From an uncultured Clostridia bacterium (GTDB lineage Bacteria; Bacillota; Clostridia; Lachnospirales; CAG-274): a stretch of DNA of 64,000 nt. The DNA is taken from contig CALWDX010000062.1 in NCBI GenBank assembly GCA_944376805.1, positions 5,542 to 69,541 on the forward strand. Direction: 5' to 3'. Below, piece by piece: positions 58,822 to 64,000 of this stretch; the stretch's first letter is position 1; every line of letters starts with the position of its first letter. Made by a program: the position numbers and the translations under genes. The notes below the pieces were generated by a model. That model searched no databases. It worked only from the letters and a program-made list of their open reading frames with translations, and had not been told where the DNA came from.

Positions 58822-59007
58822 ATGAAAGTTATTGAACAATATGAAGAAAATGGTTACATAATAAAAAAATATGAAAATGGAAGTGTAGAAAAAATTATTA
58901 TATCTTCTGAAGAAATAAATAATCAACAAGAAGACATAGTTATAGATTATAATATAGCTAAAATAAATACAGATTTAGAATATATAAAATGTATATTAGA
59001 AGAATAA
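58822..59007 (+). CDS. Small acidic phage-tail-associated hypothetical protein
   Basis: RBS GAGGTG. Ends IAKINTDLEYIKCILEE, resembling small genes between fibre and XkdX genes. Confidence 0.6.
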   Translation: MKVIEQYEENGYIIKKYENGSVEKIIISSEEINNQQEDIVIDYNIAKINTDLEYIKCILEE

Positions 59008-59024
59008 TAAAAGGAGAAAATTTA

Positions 59025-59168
59025 ATGAATAATTTATATTTAAGTTGTAAAAGTTTAATAATATCTAAAAATTATGATTTAGAAGATATGAATAAAAAAT
59101 TAGATATGTATTTAAAAAAGAATAAAATAACAAAAATTCAATATGATGAATTAAAAAATATGCTTTAA
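59025..59168 (+). CDS. XkdX-like phage protein (47 aa; not in ORF track)
   Basis: MNNLYLSCKSLIISKNYDLEDMNKKLDMYLKKNKITKIQYDELKNML with RBS AAGGAG. The KLD..L....IT..QY.EL pattern is typical of XkdX-like proteins. Confidence 0.75.
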   Translation: MNNLYLSCKSLIISKNYDLEDMNKKLDMYLKKNKITKIQYDELKNML

Positions 59169-59207
59169 AAAAATGGATAAAGATTTTATAAATCTTTATC
59201 CATTTTT
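59169..59207 (+). terminator. Terminator closing the three-gene cassette
   Basis: AAAAATGGATAAAGATTT-TAT-AAATCTTTATCCATTTTT. Confidence 0.8.
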
Positions 59208-59247
59208 AATAAAAATTAAATTAATTTATTAATAAATAAAAAATATA

Positions 59248-59275
59248 TTGCCTTATATTATAAATATGTTATAAT
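59248..59275 (+). promoter_or_regulatory. SigmaA promoter of ktrBA operon
   Basis: TTGCCT-16-TATAAT with extended TG. Confidence 0.55.
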
Positions 59276-59303
59276 AAAATTGCTAAAGAAGGAGAGATAT
59301 AAA

Positions 59304-60701
59304 ATGAATGAAAAACATAAAGGTATTTTTAAATTTGGCCCACCACATATAATAGTATTTAGCTTTTTTATTGTAATTTTAATAGGAACATTTTTATTAA
59401 ACTTACCTATTGCAAGTAAAAGTGGTGAAAGTATAGGTTTTATAGATGCTATGTTTACTGCTACTTCAGCTGTTTGTGTTACAGGTCTTGTAGTTGTAAA
59501 TACATATTTTCATTGGACTTTATTTGGAAAAATAATTATATTACTATTAATTCAAATAGGTGGCTTAGGTTTTATGAGTTTATTTACCATTATATTAGTA
59601 TTTTTAGGTAAAAGAATAACTTTAAAAGGAAGAATATTAATACAGGAGTCTTTTAATCTAGCTACTTTTAAAGGTATAGTAATGTTTTTAAAAAAAATTA
59701 TAAGAGTTACATTTATTATAGAAGGTATAGGAGCTGTAATTTTATCTTTAAGATTTATACCAGAATATGGTGTTAAAGGTGGTATATTTAGAGGAATTTT
59801 TCATTCTATATCAGCTTTTTGTAATGCAGGTTTCGATATTTTAGGTAGTAATAGTCTTATACCTTATTCTACAGACTATATTATAAATATAACTATAATG
59901 TTATTAATTATATTAGGTGGCTTAGGATTTACTGTTTTAATAGACATTAATAATTATATTAGATATAAAATAAATAAGTTTAGAAAAAACAAAACAAAAT
60001 TATTTGTTATGTCATTACATTCTAAATTAGCTTTAACTGTTACAGCTATATTAATATTACTTGGTATGGTATTAACATTTATTATTGAATATAATAATCC
60101 AAAAACATTGGCAAATCTTAGATTTGACCAAAAATTATTGGTGTCATTATTTCAATCTGTTACACTTAGAACAGCTGGTTTTGATGCTATTGGACAAGCC
60201 GATTTAAATTATGGTTCAAAATTTTTAGCTATTATATTAATGGCTATAGGTGGTTCACCTGGGGGAACAGCTGGTGGTATAAAAACTGTAACAATTGGGG
60301 TATTAGTTTTAGCAGTTATATCTGTTATAAGAGGTAAAGATAGTATAATAGCATTTAAGAAAACTATAAGTATTTCTACTATACAAAAATCATTAGCTAT
60401 TATTATTATGATGATGACTTTAATTTTTACTGCTACTATTATTTTAACAATGACAGAAAAAGGAATTGGTATACAATTTGATTTTATTGATATATTATAT
60501 GAAGTTTCATCTGCTTTAGGTACAGTAGGTTTATCAACAGGTATTACTGCTAGTTTATCTTTTGTAGGTAAAATTGTAATAATATTATGTATGTTTATAG
60601 GTAGATTAGGTCCTATAACAATTATATTAGCATTATCTTTTAGAAAACGTAGTAAGAAAAATGTTATACATTATCCAGAAGAAAAAGTTATAGTTGGATA
60701 A
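59304..60701 (+). CDS. ktrB: TrkH/KtrB potassium uptake membrane subunit
   Basis: ATSAVCVTGL, AFCNAGF, LRTAGF, GGSPGGTAGGIKT and SALGTVGLS. Confidence 0.92.
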   Translation: MNEKHKGIFKFGPPHIIVFSFFIVILIGTFLLNLPIASKSGESIGFIDAMFTATSAVCVTGLVVVNTYFHWTLFGKIIILLLIQIGGLGFMSLFTIILVFLGKRITLKGRILIQESFNLATFKGIVMFLKKIIRVTFIIEGIGAVILSLRFIPEYGVKGGIFRGIFHSISAFCNAGFDILGSNSLIPYSTDYIINITIMLLIILGGLGFTVLIDINNYIRYKINKFRKNKTKLFVMSLHSKLALTVTAILILLGMVLTFIIEYNNPKTLANLRFDQKLLVSLFQSVTLRTAGFDAIGQADLNYGSKFLAIILMAIGGSPGGTAGGIKTVTIGVLVLAVISVIRGKDSIIAFKKTISISTIQKSLAIIIMMMTLIFTATIILTMTEKGIGIQFDFIDILYEVSSALGTVGLSTGITASLSFVGKIVIILCMFIGRLGPITIILALSFRKRSKKNVIHYPEEKVIVG

Positions 60702-60714
60702 TATGGAGGATAAA

Positions 60715-61368
60715 ATGGGAAGAAATAAACAATTTGCCGTTCTTGGTTTAGGAAGATTTGGAGAAAGTGTAGTTAAAACATTAGTTGAAAATGATTGTGA
60801 TGTTTTATGTTGTGATAAAGATTTAGAAATTGTAAATGAAATGTCAAAATATGGTTGTCATTCTATTCAAGCTGATGTTACAGATGTTCATGTTTTAGAC
60901 CAATTTGGTATAAATAATTTTGATGTTGTTGTTGTTGCTATTGGTGAAGATATGGAAAGTAGTATTTTAGCTACTATGATGGCTAAAGAATTAGGAGCAA
61001 AATTTGTAATAGCTAAAGCTAAAAATGATATTCAAAAATCTATATTAGAAAAAATAGGAGCAGATAGAGTTGTTTTACCAGAAAGGGATATGGGAGTTAG
61101 AATAGCTAATACTCTTATTACAACTAATATTATAGATTATTTAAATTTATCCGATAAATTTGCTATTGTTGAAATACAACCACATAAAAATTGGATAAAT
61201 CATTCTATTTTAGATAGCAATATTCGTGCTAGATATGGTTTAAATATAGTAGCTATAAAAAGACAAAAACGTATAATAGTTTCTCCTTTACCAAATGAAG
61301 TAATAGAAGAAGGGGATATTTTAATAGTTGTAGGTAAAAATGATTCTATACAAAGGATAAATAAGTAA
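60715..61368 (+). CDS. ktrA: TrkA/KtrA RCK regulatory subunit
   Basis: VLGLGRFG, VAIGED and PERDMG. Start behind GGAGGA. Confidence 0.92.
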   Translation: MGRNKQFAVLGLGRFGESVVKTLVENDCDVLCCDKDLEIVNEMSKYGCHSIQADVTDVHVLDQFGINNFDVVVVAIGEDMESSILATMMAKELGAKFVIAKAKNDIQKSILEKIGADRVVLPERDMGVRIANTLITTNIIDYLNLSDKFAIVEIQPHKNWINHSILDSNIRARYGLNIVAIKRQKRIIVSPLPNEVIEEGDILIVVGKNDSIQRINK

Positions 61369-61375
61369 TATTTAG

Positions 61376-62164
61376 GTGAAAAAATTGATTACAAGTGATA
61401 AAAATAAAATTATTAAAGATATAATAAAGTTAAAACAAAAGAAAGAAAGAGAAAAAACAGGTAAATTTTATGTAGAAGGTGAAAGAATTATAAATGAAAT
61501 TCCTTCAAATATAAATGTTGAAATGTATATTTTTTCTGAACAATTTTATAGTAATTTATTAAATAAAGATAAATATTCTTATGTACAAAATATAATTGTT
61601 ACAAATGATATTTTTAAAAAAATTAGTGATACAATAAACCCTCAAGGTATAATGGCTATTTGTAATATACCTAAAAATAGTATAGAAAATATTAAAATAA
61701 ATAATAGTAGTTTTTTTGTAATATTAGACAGAATTTCTGACCCTGGTAATATGGGTACTATAATAAGAACAGCAGAGGCTTTAGGTGTTGATACTATATT
61801 TTTATCTAAAGGTTGTGTTGATTTGTATAATGATAAAGTTATAAGGTCTACTATGGGTTCTATATTTCACATCAATATTATTGAAAATTGTGATTTAGAT
61901 ATATTAATAGACAATCTAAAAGAAAATAATGTTAATGTAGTTTGTACTTATTTAGAAGGTGGTAAAGCTCCTTATGAAATATATTTTAAAAAATCTACAG
62001 CTATATTAATTGGTAATGAAGCTAATGGTGTTTTAGAACAATATAAAAATAAATCTAATGAACTTGTAAAAATACCTATGATTGGTAAAGTTGAATCTAT
62101 GAATGCATCTATATCTTCTGCAATTATTTTTTATGAAGTTTTAAGCCAAAGATTAAAAGGTTAA
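61376..62164 (+). CDS. TrmH/SpoU family RNA methyltransferase
   Basis: DPGNMGTIIRTA, RSTMGS, GNEANG and ESMNAS. Confidence 0.93.
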   Translation: MKKLITSDKNKIIKDIIKLKQKKEREKTGKFYVEGERIINEIPSNINVEMYIFSEQFYSNLLNKDKYSYVQNIIVTNDIFKKISDTINPQGIMAICNIPKNSIENIKINNSSFFVILDRISDPGNMGTIIRTAEALGVDTIFLSKGCVDLYNDKVIRSTMGSIFHINIIENCDLDILIDNLKENNVNVVCTYLEGGKAPYEIYFKKSTAILIGNEANGVLEQYKNKSNELVKIPMIGKVESMNASISSAIIFYEVLSQRLKG

Positions 62165-62166
62165 TT

Positions 62167-62709
62167 ATGGTTTTAGATTTATTTGAAAAGTATAATATAG
62201 ATTATAGTATAAAAACTATTTATATAGGATTAAGAACAAATTTTATATGTAGAAGAGAATTAGAAAATTTTGCAATAGATTTGATAGGATTAGATGAATA
62301 TAAAGATAATACTTTTATTAATGATTTAATATTTGAAATAGATAATATGAATATGGATATTATTTTCTGTGGTATAGAACAGACATTTAATTTAAAAGAA
62401 TTTAAATATAGTGATGATGAGTTTAAAGAGTTTTTAAAAATACAATATATTATGATTTTAAATGAGTTACAAAATTTAGAAAATAATAAAATAGATAGTA
62501 TAATTAACCTTTTTGATAATTTAATACACGCTTTTTATTTACTTTATAATCTTTCTAGAAAAGATTATAATATGCCCAAAATAGCAGAAGAAAATATGCT
62601 TGAATTAGAAGATATTTTATATGACATTTATCCTACAATAGAAAACACTAAAAGTGATTTTCAAAAACTTTATAATTATATGGATAAATTAAAAATGAAA
62701 ATTGTTTAA
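62167..62709 (+). CDS. Hypothetical protein, DUF2247-like (putative immunity protein), paralogue 1
   Basis: YSIKTIYIGLRTNFI..RELENFAIDLI resembles the DUF2247 N-terminus. Paralogous to the next gene. Confidence 0.5.
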   Translation: MVLDLFEKYNIDYSIKTIYIGLRTNFICRRELENFAIDLIGLDEYKDNTFINDLIFEIDNMNMDIIFCGIEQTFNLKEFKYSDDEFKEFLKIQYIMILNELQNLENNKIDSIINLFDNLIHAFYLLYNLSRKDYNMPKIAEENMLELEDILYDIYPTIENTKSDFQKLYNYMDKLKMKIV

Positions 62710-62901
62710 TGTAGAGGTGATACACTTGTATATAACTTTAAATATGTTTAAACAATTTAATATAAGTTATAATATAAACACTATTTATGTTGCTATTAAG
62801 TTAAATTTTATGTTAATAGAAGAAATAGTAGATTATGTAATAGATTTAATGGGAAAAGATGAATATAAAGATAATACTTTTATTAATGATTTAATATTTG
62901 A
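62292..62901 (+). repeat. 45-bp identical direct repeat (62292-62336 and 62857-62901)
   Basis: AGATGAATATAAAGATAATACTTTTATTAATGATTTAATATTTGA occurs in both genes. Confidence 0.95.
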
Positions 62902-63328
62902 TATAGATAAAATGACTAAATTTAATGTTATTTCTGGTTTAGAAGATACTTTCAATTTATATGAAACACTAAATCAAGAAATTTTAATGAAAGAACTAGA
63001 AAAAATAAAAGATGTATTATTTTTATATACTAAAGGTACAATAAAAGAAGAAAATTATAAATGGGTAATGAGTAGAGAAGGTGAATATTTTAATAAAATA
63101 GAAGAATTATTAGCTTATATTTATGAAGATTTTATTACAATATATTCTCAATTAGATATTTACTTCTGTATTAAAAATTTTTCTTATAGAGGTATACCAA
63201 AAATTGTAGCAAAAGATTTAGAAGAAATAGAAAAATTTGTTTATTATATGCCAAAAAAAGATAATAATAAATCTATTTTAGAAAACTTTTATGATTATAT
63301 AGAAAAAATAGAACTTAAATATAATTAA
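62702..63328 (+). CDS. Hypothetical protein, DUF2247-like (putative immunity protein), paralogue 2
   Basis: YNINTIYVAIKLNFM..EEIVDYVIDLM. Shares DEYKDNTFINDLIF with paralogue 1. Confidence 0.5.
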   Translation: MFNVEVIHLYITLNMFKQFNISYNINTIYVAIKLNFMLIEEIVDYVIDLMGKDEYKDNTFINDLIFDIDKMTKFNVISGLEDTFNLYETLNQEILMKELEKIKDVLFLYTKGTIKEENYKWVMSREGEYFNKIEELLAYIYEDFITIYSQLDIYFCIKNFSYRGIPKIVAKDLEEIEKFVYYMPKKDNNKSILENFYDYIEKIELKYN

Positions 63329-63339
63329 GGAGGGATATT

Positions 63340-63795
63340 TTGCAAAGAATAGATTGGGATACATATTTTATAGAAATAGCAAAAGTCGTTGCAAAAAGGG
63401 TATCTTGTCATAGGAGACAAGTAGGTGCTGTTATTGTAAAAGACAATAGTATAATTTCAACAGGTTATAATGGAGCTCCTAAAGGTGTTTTAGATTGTTT
63501 TGAAATGAATGAATGTATAAGAGATAAACAAAATATACCAAGTGGGAAAAATTATGAAGTATGTATGTCTTTACACGCTGAAAATAATGCTATAACGCAA
63601 TGTGCTTCTAATGGGGTATCTTGTAAAGGTGGTACTATTTATATAACACATAGCCCTTGTTCTATGTGTTTAAAACAAATTATAAATGCAGGTATTAAAC
63701 GTATTGTAGCAGTAGAAAAATATCCAGATGAATTTAGTGATAAACTTATAAAAATGGCAAATATAGAATTTGTATTATTTAAAGATAAGGAGTAA
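63340..63795 (+). CDS. dCMP deaminase (ComEB family)
   Basis: RQVGAVIV, TGYNG, HAENNA and PCSMC. TTG start behind AGGAGG. Confidence 0.92.
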   Translation: MQRIDWDTYFIEIAKVVAKRVSCHRRQVGAVIVKDNSIISTGYNGAPKGVLDCFEMNECIRDKQNIPSGKNYEVCMSLHAENNAITQCASNGVSCKGGTIYITHSPCSMCLKQIINAGIKRIVAVEKYPDEFSDKLIKMANIEFVLFKDKE

Positions 63796-63799
63796 AATT

Positions 63800-64000
63800 A
63801 TGAATAAAGTAACAACAACTATTTTTGAAAGAGCATATCAATCTTATTTATGTGGTGGAGATGTTTATACTTATAGATTTGAATCTAAATCACCACTTAT
63901 GACTAAAAAATATAATGATGCAATAAAGTATTTAGAAGATAATGAGCTTGTTATTGTAAAATTTATGTCTGAAGATAAAGTTAGATTAACTTTAACAGAT
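63800..64000 (+). CDS. Hypothetical protein, 3' truncated by window edge
   Basis: RBS AAGGAG. MNKVTTTIFERAYQSYLCGGDVYTYRFESKSPLMTKKYNDAIKYLEDNELVIVKFMSEDKVRLTLTD stays open to the end. Confidence 0.7.
   Translation, partial: MNKVTTTIFERAYQSYLCGGDVYTYRFESKSPLMTKKYNDAIKYLEDNELVIVKFMSEDKVRLTLTD

Noticed and set aside
57662-59300. Integrated prophage or genomic island at tRNA-Leu
   Set aside because: No integrase, no duplicated tRNA 3' end seen, and only three genes before core ktrBA resumes. Reported as a cassette only.
59169-59303. c-di-AMP (ydaO) riboswitch upstream of ktrBA
   Set aside because: The region is short and nearly all A/T, with none of the conserved G-rich elements.
1-64000. CRISPR array, rRNA or transposase
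   Set aside because: No regularly spaced repeats, rRNA-like sequence, or DDE/HUH transposase ORF were seen.

Overview
A 64-kb window of core chromosome from a very AT-rich, spore-forming, probably flagellated Clostridia-class bacterium. Gene content suggests Lachnospirales/Anaerotignaceae, which is inference only. It holds housekeeping genes (pyrE, pncB, gltB, trmK, gltX, nadD-yqeK fusion, rsfS, trpS, T-box-controlled thrS, rsmF, mutS2, secG, rnr, ktrBA, a TrmH methylase, a dCMP deaminase), a two-gene 2-oxoacid:ferredoxin oxidoreductase, many sporulation genes (coat pair, spoIIR, spoVAA-AD, a SpoVB-like flippase, spoIIP-spoIIM, sleC), four exported proteins sharing a copper-amine-oxidase-N-terminal-like (CAO-N) module, and one tRNA-Leu(TAG). 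I saw no CRISPR array, rRNA, integrase or intact transposase. The most unusual items are: (1) an intact three-gene phage tail-fibre/XkdX-like cassette behind the tRNA with no other phage genes; (2) a SecG carrying a 94-aa acidic Thr/Ser-rich N-terminal extension; (3) two tandem DUF2247-like paralogues sharing an identical 45-bp block; (4) an uncalled 51-aa membrane ORF with a non-ATG start in front of spoVAA; (5) a hairpin that buries the oxidoreductase RBS; (6) gltB with a duplicated promoter and no gltD; (7) two decayed gene remnants. All family calls come from motif recognition by eye, not database searches.
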